This document shows, in pieces, positions 50,579 through 60,484 of a stretch of 64,000 nt of DNA; positions within the stretch are counted from its first letter, which is position 1, and each line of letters opens with the position of its first letter. The translations under genes were made by a program, and so were the position numbers. Source of the DNA: Candidatus Zixiibacteriota bacterium (GTDB taxonomy: Bacteria; Zixibacteria; MSB-5A5; UM-FILTER-46-8); assembly GCA_014730345.1 (NCBI GenBank), contig WJIJ01000051.1, positions 3,592-67,591 of the forward strand, in the 5' to 3' direction. The notes beneath the pieces are model-generated. The model worked only from the letters and a program-made list of their open reading frames with translations. It was not told the origin of the DNA and did not search any database.

Positions 50579-51732
50579 GAAAAACATATCTGGATAATAA
50601 CGCAACTACGCCGCTTCATCCTAAAGTCCTGGAAGCCATGCTTCCATTTTATAAGGAGTTATACGGAAACCCTTCCAGTATTCATCATTTCGGCCGGGAG
50701 GTTTCAGGGGCTATTGCTGATGCGCGCCATAAGGCGGCAGATCTGTTAGGATGCGATGTTTCCGAACTGTATTTTACATCCGGCGGCACCGAAGCTGACA
50801 ACCTTGCGGTTATCGGAACCGCATTTGCGAATTCGGAAAAGGGGAAGCATGTAATTACATCGCCGATTGAACATCACGCGGTTTTGGAAGCATGCCATTT
50901 CCTGGAAAAGCAAGGTTATGAGGTAACCTATCTTCCAGTTGACAGCAAGGGATTCGTTGACCCCGATGAATTGAAAAAGGCGATTCGGAAGGATACGACC
51001 GTAGTTTCCATAATGCACATCAACAATGAGACCGGTGTTGTCCAGGATATTCCCGCCCTCGCGAAAATAGCTAAAGAATCAGGCGTTTATTTCCATACTG
51101 ACGCTGTGCAATCGGCCGGCAAAGTTCCTATTAATCTTAAGGAGTTTGGCGTGGATATGCTCTCCGCCTCAGCCCATAAAATCAACGGCCCCAAGGGCAC
51201 CGGTTTGATTTATATCAAAAAGGGAACACGGATTCAACGCCTTGCTCATGGCGGCAGTCATGAAAGCGGGATGCGTGCCGGTACGGAAAACGTAGCCGGT
51301 ATGATCGGAATGGTCAAAGCCCTGGAAATAAGTTGCGAAATGATGGATTCCGAACTGGAGAAATACGGCCGGTATTCCAGCAAACTCTGGGATGGTTTGA
51401 ATGAAAAACTGTCGGATATCGTGCTTAATGGACCCGCCGATGAAAGGCGATTGAAAAACACTTTGAATATTTCATTCAAAGGTATCGAGAGCGAGGCTAT
51501 CCTTTTGAATCTCGATATGCTCGGTATCGGCGTAGCTTCGGGTTCGGCATGTTCAAGCGGTTCCACGGAACCTTCTCATGTCATGCTGGCTATGGGCGTT
51601 AAACCGGAAATCGCCCGCGGTTCAGTAAGGATATCATTCGGTAAGTTCACTACCGATGAGGATATTGAATACACGCTTGAGCAATTGCCGCCGGTTATTG
51701 AACGTCTGCGAAAGATGTCCCCGGTAGCTTAG
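50575..51732 (+). CDS. iscS: Cysteine desulfurase
   Basis: PLP-Lys region (SASAHKINGPKG) and catalytic Cys loop (SGSACSSGS). Length 385 aa. Confidence 0.93.
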   Translation: MRKTYLDNNATTPLHPKVLEAMLPFYKELYGNPSSIHHFGREVSGAIADARHKAADLLGCDVSELYFTSGGTEADNLAVIGTAFANSEKGKHVITSPIEHHAVLEACHFLEKQGYEVTYLPVDSKGFVDPDELKKAIRKDTTVVSIMHINNETGVVQDIPALAKIAKESGVYFHTDAVQSAGKVPINLKEFGVDMLSASAHKINGPKGTGLIYIKKGTRIQRLAHGGSHESGMRAGTENVAGMIGMVKALEISCEMMDSELEKYGRYSSKLWDGLNEKLSDIVLNGPADERRLKNTLNISFKGIESEAILLNLDMLGIGVASGSACSSGSTEPSHVMLAMGVKPEIARGSVRISFGKFTTDEDIEYTLEQLPPVIERLRKMSPVA

Positions 51733-51816
51733 GCTGTAGTGAATTATATTGTTATCTTGTATAAATGAGTTCAACCGGGGATGACCGCCCCGGTTGTTTT
51801 ACTATATAGTTGATCA

Positions 51817-52926
51817 ATGCCGAATTTAGATAAGCAAAGAGTTGTTTTAGCCATGTCCGGCGGAGTTGATAGTTCCACTGCCGCTATAATTTTGTCACGG
51901 GATGGATATGAAGTAATCGGCGTTACTATGAAACTCTGGCGCGATGATGAACGAAGATGGGACACCGCCGTTAAATCATGTTGTTCCCTCGATTCGGTGA
52001 GGGACGCGAAATATATCTGCCATAAACTTGGAATTCCTCATTATACCATAGACTATACGGAGCAATTCAAATCCTTGGTAATCGATAATTTCACTGATGA
52101 ATATTTCGCCGGTAAAACCCCGAACCCATGTATCCGTTGCAACACATACATGAAGTGGGGAGAACTTTACCGGTTAGCCCGGCAACTTGATGCTCAGTAC
52201 ATCGCTACCGGACATTACGCGCGAATAATGTACGATGAGACAACAGGTGAATATTCGCTCCTGAAAGGCATAGATGCAACCAAGGACCAGTCCTATGCTC
52301 TGTGGGGCATCGAGCGGAAACTCATATCGAGGACATTGCTTCCATTAGGCGGGGAGCGTAAAGAGAACATCCGGGGAATTCTGAAGGAATATGGAATTTA
52401 CTTTGCCGATAAGGCCGAAAGCCAGGAGATTTGCTTTATTCCCGATAACGACCTCGAGGGTTGGCTCCGGTCAAAGGCTAAGGAGCATAATTTAGAGATA
52501 CCAGATGGAGATATTCTAAATGAAAACGGTGAAATTGTCGGAAGACATAAGGGATTCATACACTACACCATCGGCCAGAGAAAAGGATTGGGCATAGCCC
52601 ATCCCCGGCCGCTCTATGTAAAACGGGTAAATTCGGATAAAAATATTATCACTGTTGCCGAGGACGAGGGATTAAAAGTCCGGTCTTTTACGGTGGACAG
52701 GTTAAACTGGTTGATTAATGAACCGGCGGCGGGTAATGTACTCTCTTTCGATGTCAAAATCCGCTACCGTCATAAACCCGCTCCGGCAAAATGTGTATTA
52801 AATGAGGATGGGGCAGTGGAGGTTAGTTTCGCCGAACCACAGAGAGCCGTCACCCCGGGGCAATCCGCTGTTTTCTATGATTCAGAAAAGGTATGCGGAG
52901 GGGGAATTATCGAGTGTGTTTCTTAA
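51817..52926 (+). CDS. mnmA: tRNA-specific 2-thiouridylase
   Basis: PP-loop (VLAMSGGVDSSTAA). Catalytic cysteines (NPCIRCN; EICFI). Length 369 aa. Confidence 0.93.
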   Translation: MPNLDKQRVVLAMSGGVDSSTAAIILSRDGYEVIGVTMKLWRDDERRWDTAVKSCCSLDSVRDAKYICHKLGIPHYTIDYTEQFKSLVIDNFTDEYFAGKTPNPCIRCNTYMKWGELYRLARQLDAQYIATGHYARIMYDETTGEYSLLKGIDATKDQSYALWGIERKLISRTLLPLGGERKENIRGILKEYGIYFADKAESQEICFIPDNDLEGWLRSKAKEHNLEIPDGDILNENGEIVGRHKGFIHYTIGQRKGLGIAHPRPLYVKRVNSDKNIITVAEDEGLKVRSFTVDRLNWLINEPAAGNVLSFDVKIRYRHKPAPAKCVLNEDGAVEVSFAEPQRAVTPGQSAVFYDSEKVCGGGIIECVS

Positions 52927-53196
52927 AGGGTTTGATGAAAAACGTGCTTCGTGTGGCATGCTTAGTATCCCTCGATTTATCGCGGGGGAATAAGCATGTT
53001 AAATTCAAGGAACATGTTCTTGAATCCGCCGGTGCGGGCTCATTTGCTACGTTTCACTCCGCAACTGAGCATGCCACCCTTGACGGAAAAGTACCTTAAC
53101 GGACCTTTTCAGCAAGCCCTAAACCGGGAATATGTTGACTTAAACCATAAGTGAAGCTAAATTATGGAAATTGTTTTATACGGACAGGAGGGATAG

Positions 53197-53880
53197 ATGG
53201 TAAAAGTTACATTTCATGGACATTCATGTTTTGGTTTTCAAACTGATAAGCATAGCATAATCGTAGATCCATACCTGAGCGGAAATCCTCATGCGAAAAC
53301 TAAACCGGAAGACATAAAAGTCGAAGCAGTTCTTTTAACTCATGGGCATGGCGACCATATAGGCGATGGAATAGAAATCGCCAAAGCTAATAACGCGGTA
53401 ATTATTGCCCCTTTTGAGCTGGCGACTTTCTGCCAGGAACAGGGCGCGGAGGCGCATCCTATGCATATCGGCGGCAGTTTTGATTTTGCATTTGGCAGGG
53501 TAACATTGACCATCGCCCATCACGGTTCCGGGCTTTCTACGGATAAGGGCATACTCTATCTTGGCAATCCGTGCGGTTTTGTGGTTAACTTCGAGGGAAG
53601 GAATGTTTATCATGCCGGGGATACGGGGTTATTCTATGATATGAAACTGATCGGCGAGATGTATCCGCTTGATCTGGCTCTGCTTCCCATAGGAAGCAAC
53701 TTCACCATGGGCATACCCGAAGCGGTCAAAGCGGTAGAGCTTCTTGCCCCGAATAATGTTATCCCTATGCACTATAATACATTCGATGTCATCAAACAAA
53801 ATCCCGAGGAATTTATCTCCCGGCTCCCGGAAACGGTAAAGGGTACAGTCCTGAATGTTGGCGAAAGTTTCGAGCTTTGA
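53197..53880 (+). CDS. UPF0173-family metal-dependent hydrolase (metallo-beta-lactamase fold)
   Basis: LTHGHGDHIGD motif. Length 227 aa. Confidence 0.8.
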   Translation: MVKVTFHGHSCFGFQTDKHSIIVDPYLSGNPHAKTKPEDIKVEAVLLTHGHGDHIGDGIEIAKANNAVIIAPFELATFCQEQGAEAHPMHIGGSFDFAFGRVTLTIAHHGSGLSTDKGILYLGNPCGFVVNFEGRNVYHAGDTGLFYDMKLIGEMYPLDLALLPIGSNFTMGIPEAVKAVELLAPNNVIPMHYNTFDVIKQNPEEFISRLPETVKGTVLNVGESFEL

Positions 53881-54784
53881 TTTGAAAGCATTGTTGCTGA
53901 ATATAGCTTGTTTTGTTTTTATCGTCTTTGGTATTTACGATGTAAGTCCCGGATTAGTTATTGAAGGTAATATCACCGACCCCGATGCCAAAGCTCAAAT
54001 AGTTGATTGGGCGGACCATGTCGCCCGGTTCGGCGGGGACGTTTTTAAAGGATACCTTCCCGATACAGTAACCGTGCTGGTGGCGAGTTCAAATGAGGAG
54101 TTCAATTCCTACGCCGGAGGGAGGATGCCGGATTGGGGAATTGGTGTTGCCTTGCCTTCTCGAAATATGATTGTTATCAAGGATCCTTCCCGGTTTAGCT
54201 ATGGGCAGAATTTCGGTGAAGTTGTCCGTCATGAGTTCGCGCATCTTTTTTTGGAAAGCAGTTGCCGCGGTTGCGAATGGCCCCGCTGGTTCCATGAAGG
54301 ATGCGCGGTCATGTTTTCGGGTGAATGGCGCGTCGGAAGGGATATTACCGTGGCGAGGGCGGCGGCATTTTCCGAACTGCCAAAACTGCGGGAGTTGGAA
54401 AGCGTGAACCAGTTTTCTCAGGCTAAAGCGGATTTATCCTATTCAATGTCTTTCCTGGCTCTGCGCTATTACATGGATGAATTCGGAAGGCAGGCATTGG
54501 TTGACCTATTTGACAACATGCGGGCCGGGCAGGAATTCCCGACTGCATTCTTTCACGCTACCGGCCTCTGGTATGGCAAATGGGAAGATGAGTTCCGGGA
54601 TTACCTGGAGAAAAGATACTTTTTTATCTTCTGGTTTGGCGATTGGCCGGTGCTCTGGACCGCGTTGGTACTATTTTTTGTTACTATCTATATCATGAAA
54701 AGGATACAGAACCGCCGTAAAATCAGGAGATGGGAAGAGGAAGAAAACTACGACAGATTTGATTATGGCCCGCCACCGGATTAA
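53855..54784 (+). CDS. Putative membrane-anchored zinc metallopeptidase (HExxH) with a C-terminal TM and a basic tail
   Basis: N-terminal signal/anchor. VRHEFAHLF (HExxH) with a downstream Glu (WFHEG). C-terminal TM (WPVLWTALVLFFVTIYIM). Confidence 0.55.
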   Translation: MLAKVSSFDLKALLLNIACFVFIVFGIYDVSPGLVIEGNITDPDAKAQIVDWADHVARFGGDVFKGYLPDTVTVLVASSNEEFNSYAGGRMPDWGIGVALPSRNMIVIKDPSRFSYGQNFGEVVRHEFAHLFLESSCRGCEWPRWFHEGCAVMFSGEWRVGRDITVARAAAFSELPKLRELESVNQFSQAKADLSYSMSFLALRYYMDEFGRQALVDLFDNMRAGQEFPTAFFHATGLWYGKWEDEFRDYLEKRYFFIFWFGDWPVLWTALVLFFVTIYIMKRIQNRRKIRRWEEEENYDRFDYGPPPD

Positions 54785-55667
54785 ACATTATTTAGAATAT
54801 ATACCCATGATGATTACCCTTTCGGTAGTTCGCTTACTTCCTTACCGCATGGGAGTATCTTTTGGAGCTTTCCTCGGATGGGTGGCATGGAGCATTTTGG
54901 GTATCCGTAAGAAGGTAGCATTGAAGAATCTCAAGCTTTGTTTCAAGGAAGAATATTCGGATACCGAACTGAAAAAAATCGGATTGGAATCTTACAAAAA
55001 CTTCGGGCGCTCCGTCCTCGAATACGCGTTAATTCCCAAGCTAAGAGACGGTAAAATTATGAAATTTGTCGAGATTAAAAACCGGGAAAACTTCGACGAA
55101 GTCATCGGGGAAGGTAAGGGTACAATTGGAGTTACGGGTCATTTCGGCAGTTGGGAGGTAATGGGCGCGGCGCTGAGCTACACATGGAGCGGTTATGTGG
55201 ATTTCCTTGTCGGCGAACAGCATAACCTGCTCGTCGATAATATGATGAATAAGCACCGCCGGATGATGGGAATTGGAATTATTAAATTGGGAGTCGCCGC
55301 CCGGGGAATACTACAATCGGTTAAGGCAGGGAAGATGGTGGCTATGCTTTCCGACCAGGATGCCAGAGAAGACGGCGTTGTGGTTGACTTTTTCGGCAAT
55401 CCGGCATCGACGCCAAAAGGCCCCGCCGCGTTCGCCCTCAAAACCGGCAAACCGCTTAGCTCCGGCTATATGATAAGGAAAGGTAGCAGCATATATCATG
55501 AATTTATTTGTATGCCTTCCATACCGGTTCAATCAACGGGTAACAGGGAGGAAGATATAAGGAATTATACTCAGAAATACACGAAAATATTGGAAGGATT
55601 TGTGCGCGAGTATCCCGATCACTGGTTCTGGGCTCATCGCAAATTCAAATCTACTATCGAATACTAA
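54759..55667 (+). CDS. Lysophospholipid/lipid A acyltransferase, LpxL/HtrB family
   Basis: N-terminal TM and the HX4D-type motif region GVTGHFGSWEV (HxGNWE-like). About 300 aa. Confidence 0.75.
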   Translation: MIMARHRIKHYLEYIPMMITLSVVRLLPYRMGVSFGAFLGWVAWSILGIRKKVALKNLKLCFKEEYSDTELKKIGLESYKNFGRSVLEYALIPKLRDGKIMKFVEIKNRENFDEVIGEGKGTIGVTGHFGSWEVMGAALSYTWSGYVDFLVGEQHNLLVDNMMNKHRRMMGIGIIKLGVAARGILQSVKAGKMVAMLSDQDAREDGVVVDFFGNPASTPKGPAAFALKTGKPLSSGYMIRKGSSIYHEFICMPSIPVQSTGNREEDIRNYTQKYTKILEGFVREYPDHWFWAHRKFKSTIEY

Positions 55668-55679
55668 TAATACTTCCTG

Positions 55680-57995
55680 ATGGGTTACCCGGCTCTCATA
55701 GCGTTGTTTTTTTTAGCCGCCGGAATTCTGGGGGCATACTATATCCCCCTCCCGGCGGAAATCCCATTATTCGCCGGCGGGTTATCGATTGTCTTCGGCC
55801 TGGTCTTTTTGTATTTGGGAAAAAGAGCATTGCTTATGGTCTCTACCGCATTGCTTTTGGTGAGTCTTGGGTTTTTCCGAAGTCATCTATTCACCGGGCA
55901 ATTCCCTACTAATCATATCTCCAGCTTCACTTCACTGGATTTCAAGGTTCGTATCTCCGGCGAGGTCATTCTTGACCCCGACATTCGAGATTACTATACC
56001 TACCTGACCCTGAAAGCGGACAGTTTATATTTACAGCAGGGCGCAATACCTGTAAATGGGCGTGTACTGGTTAAAATACGGCCAGCTACATCGCGTTTTC
56101 AATATGGAGATTTAATATCGGTTTATGGATATTTGAATAATCCGCCCCGTTCCGGTAATCCGCTTTTATTCGATTACCGCGGTTACCTCCATCGAAAAGG
56201 CATCGCCGGCTACATGTACACCAAAAACCAGCGCGATATTAAACTGCTGGTTCCCTCCGAAGGATTCGATTTCCTTTCCGGCGTAGTGCTTCCAGCTCGA
56301 AAATACCTGATTGATATTTTTCATCAACTCCCCACACCCGGCAACGGTCACTTGCTTGCTGGATTCCTGCTCGGCGAAAAGAGAGGAGTACCTCCCGATA
56401 TAAGGGAATCTTTTATAGCGTCAGGAACAATGCATCTCCTGGCAGTTTCCGGCAGTAACCTCGCGCTTGTAAGTACGATTTACCTTTTGCTGGTTTATTA
56501 CATACCAGTAAGCAGGCGGTGGAAATTGATCGGCAGTATCCCGTTTATAATCATATTCTGTTTTATGACCAACAATGAACCTTCGGTGGTAAGGGCGGCG
56601 GTGATGCTTCTACTGGGAGTGATAGCCTATATGAGTAGCCGCAGGATTGAGCCAATCAACCTGTTCTGCTCCGCGGCGCTGATTATACTCGCCGTTTATC
56701 CTCTTTGGCTTTTCGAGGTCGGCTTTCAGCTTTCATTCGCGGCTGTTGCCGGGATCGTTTTGTACACCAGGTCGAAGTTTTATAATCCACGTCCCGGCGC
56801 CAATATTTTCATAAAAAGCTGGCGATTGATCATCCACGCCGCCTTCGTCAGCGCGGCGGCGTTTTTATTCACTGCTCCCGTAGTAGCTTATCATTTCAAC
56901 CGGCTCGCCGTTTATTCCATATTAGCTAATATCCCCGCCGCCGGTGCGGTTTTTTTTGTTACCGCCGCCGGAACTTTACTCGCTTTCTTCAATCCCATCG
57001 GAGGGTTTGTAAGGGATATTCTGCTTTGGGTTACCGACCTTTCGGTAACGTTAATGAGGATAATCGCCGATTTCTTCTCATCGATTCCTTATGCGGATCC
57101 TGATGTCCCTTCGCCGGATATTTTGACTATTATAGCCATTTATCTCGCGTTGACATCATTGATGATTATCCGCTGGAATAAGAGAATGAGCGTCTATCTT
57201 CTTATCGGGTTACTTATTGTTTTGAATGTAAAAGCATGGGCTGAAGTGCCTTATTTTGGTGATGATGATTACCATGTCGAGTTTTTGGATACCGGTTTCT
57301 CACATTCTCTGCTGATTCGTCAGGATACCCGCTGGAATACTCTTATTTATCATGGCGATGGCCGCAGTTTTCAATCAGTAGGCAGCTGGGCTTTAAAACC
57401 CTATTTGTTGAAACTGGGTTTTATGAAATTTGATAACCTGATTCTAACACACAATTCCAAAGACGCGTTGTGGGGAATAGATATTTTACTGAAGGAAAAT
57501 CTTGTTGAGAATATCCTTTTACCGCCCGATTCGGGTTTGGTCATGGCTATCAGGAATTATGGATATCATGGCGAAATAAAGGAAATTATTTCCGGCGATT
57601 CTCTGATTTCGCCTTCAGGCGTTAAATACTTCATCTTTAAACCCGATATAAATTTAAGAGAAAAACAAAGCTCCAAATCGAGTTATGCTGTTCAAATTAA
57701 AATTTTGAACAGCAATATTATGTTTACTGCTGATAACGAGATTAAGCTAAGTAACCAGATGCTAAGTGATAACGAAATAATTCAAATTGGCTATGGTTTT
57801 GCTGATAAAAGTAGCGCCGGAAATTCGGATGGTGGTTCATACTTTGTAATATCTGGTCAGCCATTTCTCTACTGGAAGGAAAAATCAGCGGCTTTTGATG
57901 ATTCTGGAGAATGTCGGAGATTTTTTAAAACGAGATACCGCGGCGCTGTTTTATTTGAAATTGATGATAAAGGCGTTCATCCTGTCGAAGGATAA
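55680..57995 (+). CDS. comEC: DNA internalisation-related competence protein ComEC/Rec2
   Basis: DUF4131-like N-terminus. ComEC core (GEKRGVPPDIRESFIASGTMHLLAVSGSNLALV). Polytopic. Degenerate beta-lactamase-like C-terminal domain. Length 771 aa. Confidence 0.88.
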   Translation: MGYPALIALFFLAAGILGAYYIPLPAEIPLFAGGLSIVFGLVFLYLGKRALLMVSTALLLVSLGFFRSHLFTGQFPTNHISSFTSLDFKVRISGEVILDPDIRDYYTYLTLKADSLYLQQGAIPVNGRVLVKIRPATSRFQYGDLISVYGYLNNPPRSGNPLLFDYRGYLHRKGIAGYMYTKNQRDIKLLVPSEGFDFLSGVVLPARKYLIDIFHQLPTPGNGHLLAGFLLGEKRGVPPDIRESFIASGTMHLLAVSGSNLALVSTIYLLLVYYIPVSRRWKLIGSIPFIIIFCFMTNNEPSVVRAAVMLLLGVIAYMSSRRIEPINLFCSAALIILAVYPLWLFEVGFQLSFAAVAGIVLYTRSKFYNPRPGANIFIKSWRLIIHAAFVSAAAFLFTAPVVAYHFNRLAVYSILANIPAAGAVFFVTAAGTLLAFFNPIGGFVRDILLWVTDLSVTLMRIIADFFSSIPYADPDVPSPDILTIIAIYLALTSLMIIRWNKRMSVYLLIGLLIVLNVKAWAEVPYFGDDDYHVEFLDTGFSHSLLIRQDTRWNTLIYHGDGRSFQSVGSWALKPYLLKLGFMKFDNLILTHNSKDALWGIDILLKENLVENILLPPDSGLVMAIRNYGYHGEIKEIISGDSLISPSGVKYFIFKPDINLREKQSSKSSYAVQIKILNSNIMFTADNEIKLSNQMLSDNEIIQIGYGFADKSSAGNSDGGSYFVISGQPFLYWKEKSAAFDDSGECRRFFKTRYRGAVLFEIDDKGVHPVEG

Positions 57996-57997
57996 AA

Positions 57998-59194
57998 ATG
58001 CTGGATACAAAAGATAAAAGCGATAAAGGTTTTAAGGGGAATCTGGATACGGTTTCCCTCCTCGATGTTTTCCAACTCCTTTTCAGCGGTAAAAAATCCG
58101 GTATGCTCGAGCTTACTGATGGGGACTCCAGTAAAAAAGTATACCTCAAAACTGGGATGATAGTCGGCGCGGAATCCTCAGAGAACGAAGATATGCTCGG
58201 AACTCTTCTGCTAAAAAGAGGCAAGATCAAAAAGATGGACCTGAATCGCGCGCTCTCCCTGCATAAAAGTTCCGGAAAAATGCTCGGACAGGTTTTAATA
58301 GAAATGGGGCTCTTCTCGGATGCTGAGATTTGCAGTTGCCTTAAAATGCAGGTTGAGGAAATCATTTATAGCCTGTTTGGATGGAGCGCCGGTGAGTTTA
58401 TCTTCCATGAAGGCAAATCGCCGAATAAATCCAACTATGAAATCGCCCTCAATCCCATGAATGTTATCATGGAAGCTACCCGCCGGATGGATGAATGGAA
58501 CGAGATGAAAGAAAACCTCCCGCCGGAAAACTATATTCTCTATGGCGCGGTACCCGAAAGAATAGATGACGAGGAAATACGCTTGAGCAGGGAGGAGTTT
58601 GGGGTGCTCACGCTGATCGATAGTAAACGTTCATTCAAGCAGGTATTGGTAGACAGCCCCAGCGACAGATTTTCCACTTCTAAAGCTATCCATCGGTTTA
58701 TTTCCCTTGGTTTGATAGACGCCTACAAGCCTGAAGGAGCTAACGAAGGCGGGGATGTAGGCCTTGAAGCCGTTCTCCGAGATTTCCTGAAATTCCATCG
58801 CGATATTTATGATATAGTTTTTCTGGTTTTTACCGATTATATGGGTGAAGAGGGTATAAACATCCTGGAAAGGATTTTCAAGATTTGTAAAACGGATCAC
58901 CAGGTACTGGATCGTTTTTCCGGTTCCGGGGGGAAAAATGTGAATTATGATAAAATGGTTGCCGAAGCCCTTACCTTGCCGGAAAATGCTATTATTCACA
59001 AGGTAGCTAACTCCTTTTCGGCCCTCTCCCAAAGATATTTAAGCGCCGTAAGGGAATACCTGGGCGCGAATGTATTCTCGCAAATTATGGGAAAATTGAG
59101 AAAAGCGAATACAAGATATGTCGAAAGCAGAAGGCAGTCATTGATTAATTATGGTATAGAAGACGATGTTTTTCATCTACTGTATTTAAAATAG
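57998..59194 (+). CDS. DUF4388-domain protein (PATAN-associated N-terminal domain), probable motility/polarity regulator partner
   Basis: N-terminus (GNLDTVSLLDVFQLLFSGKKSGMLELTDGDSSKKVYLKTGMIVGAES) matches the DUF4388 pattern. 3-nt spacing from comEC. Confidence 0.6.
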   Translation: MLDTKDKSDKGFKGNLDTVSLLDVFQLLFSGKKSGMLELTDGDSSKKVYLKTGMIVGAESSENEDMLGTLLLKRGKIKKMDLNRALSLHKSSGKMLGQVLIEMGLFSDAEICSCLKMQVEEIIYSLFGWSAGEFIFHEGKSPNKSNYEIALNPMNVIMEATRRMDEWNEMKENLPPENYILYGAVPERIDDEEIRLSREEFGVLTLIDSKRSFKQVLVDSPSDRFSTSKAIHRFISLGLIDAYKPEGANEGGDVGLEAVLRDFLKFHRDIYDIVFLVFTDYMGEEGINILERIFKICKTDHQVLDRFSGSGGKNVNYDKMVAEALTLPENAIIHKVANSFSALSQRYLSAVREYLGANVFSQIMGKLRKANTRYVESRRQSLINYGIEDDVFHLLYLK

Positions 59195-59205
59195 CCGGGA
59201 TAGTA

Positions 59206-59598
59206 ATGAACTGTAAGAAAAAAACAATCTTCTTAATTACAGCTTTACTTTTCAGCGTCTTGCTGGAATTCAATAACGCGTATGCCCAGTTCGGTAATTC
59301 GCCGAATGCGATTAGTTATATTGACCTTGCCATTAGAACTGTTTGGTTGATCTGCTCGGTTCTTGGATTTTTAACCGCTTTTCGCATAAGCAGGGCTTTC
59401 AGAAAGGGAAGGCTTGCGTTGCCCTGGATATTGTTTTCCTCGGCCTTCGCGGTTTTCGCTGTTTCCTCTATAATCTCTTTCGCCGAACTTTTTAAATTTT
59501 TAAATGGTTGGACTACCATCTCCAACGGCGGTTTCGCCGCCGGGGTTTTAGTTTTAATAGTTGCTGGATATCTATATAAAAAGGCCGTTATTCGTTAA
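59206..59598 (+). CDS. Small hypothetical membrane protein (signal peptide plus 3 TM)
   Basis: A 130-aa hydrophobic ORF in operon context. Confidence 0.45.
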   Translation: MNCKKKTIFLITALLFSVLLEFNNAYAQFGNSPNAISYIDLAIRTVWLICSVLGFLTAFRISRAFRKGRLALPWILFSSAFAVFAVSSIISFAELFKFLNGWTTISNGGFAAGVLVLIVAGYLYKKAVIR

Positions 59599-59607
59599 AA
59601 TTTTAAT

Positions 59608-60483
59608 ATGCCTGCTCCAGACACAGATTTAAATGATAGAATCGAGAAATGTCTTGCGATACTGAAGAAGGACCCGGATTCCCAGATATTCGCATCCCTC
59701 GCCGAATGCTATCGAAAAAAAGGCGATCTCGATAAAGCCTATGAAATCGGTCTTAATGGTATTCAACGCCATTTCGAGTATGGCACCGGCCATTTGGTAA
59801 TGGCCAAAATAAATCTCGATAAAAAAGACTATCGCTTAGCGCAGGAAGAATTGAACCTTGCGGAACGTTACATGGGGCGTACCCGCTCGATTGATTATCT
59901 CCAATGCGAGATCCTCCTGAGGGGAGGCGAATTAAAAAAGGGTGAGATACTTCTTTCACAGTTGAAAATTACAGAGCCGCAGAACCCGGCCATAAGATTC
60001 CTTACAGGATTACTAAATAAAGCAAGGGAACAGAACAAAAAACGTCCCCATGCCTTTGATTCTACCGACGATTCCGAAGAAAATGAGGTTAACGGCTATG
60101 CCGGAGATGCCGATAATTTAAAGGATGAGAAGATATCGGTGGAATTTATGGTAAAAACCATCGGTTCGTATCAAGGCGTTAATTACGTACTGGCTCTGGA
60201 CTATGACAACAACGTGCTTTCCGCCTATCCGCCGGCTGAAGAGTGTATGGATGATCATCTGCACTTCTGCAGGATAATCAGCCAGGGATTAAATCATTGT
60301 CTTCCTTCGGTTGGATTCGGTAAGATGGGAAGCTGTTTGGTGGAAACCGATAAACGTAAATATTTCCTGAAAGACGCGGGGAGCTTTTATTTGTTGCTTG
60401 ATACCGATGACAATTCAAATTTCGGATTTCTGAGTATGAAACTCGCTGAAATGCTTCCGTATCTGGAAAACAAGGGGCAATGA
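59608..60483 (+). CDS. TPR-repeat protein with a C-terminal roadblock/LC7-like domain
   Basis: N-terminal TPR-like helices (FASLAECYRKKGDLDKAYEIGLNGIQRHFEYGTGHLVMAKINL). C-terminal roadblock-like region (GVNYVLALDYDNNVLSAYP). Confidence 0.55.
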   Translation: MPAPDTDLNDRIEKCLAILKKDPDSQIFASLAECYRKKGDLDKAYEIGLNGIQRHFEYGTGHLVMAKINLDKKDYRLAQEELNLAERYMGRTRSIDYLQCEILLRGGELKKGEILLSQLKITEPQNPAIRFLTGLLNKAREQNKKRPHAFDSTDDSEENEVNGYAGDADNLKDEKISVEFMVKTIGSYQGVNYVLALDYDNNVLSAYPPAEECMDDHLHFCRIISQGLNHCLPSVGFGKMGSCLVETDKRKYFLKDAGSFYLLLDTDDNSNFGFLSMKLAEMLPYLENKGQ

Positions 60484-60484
60484 C

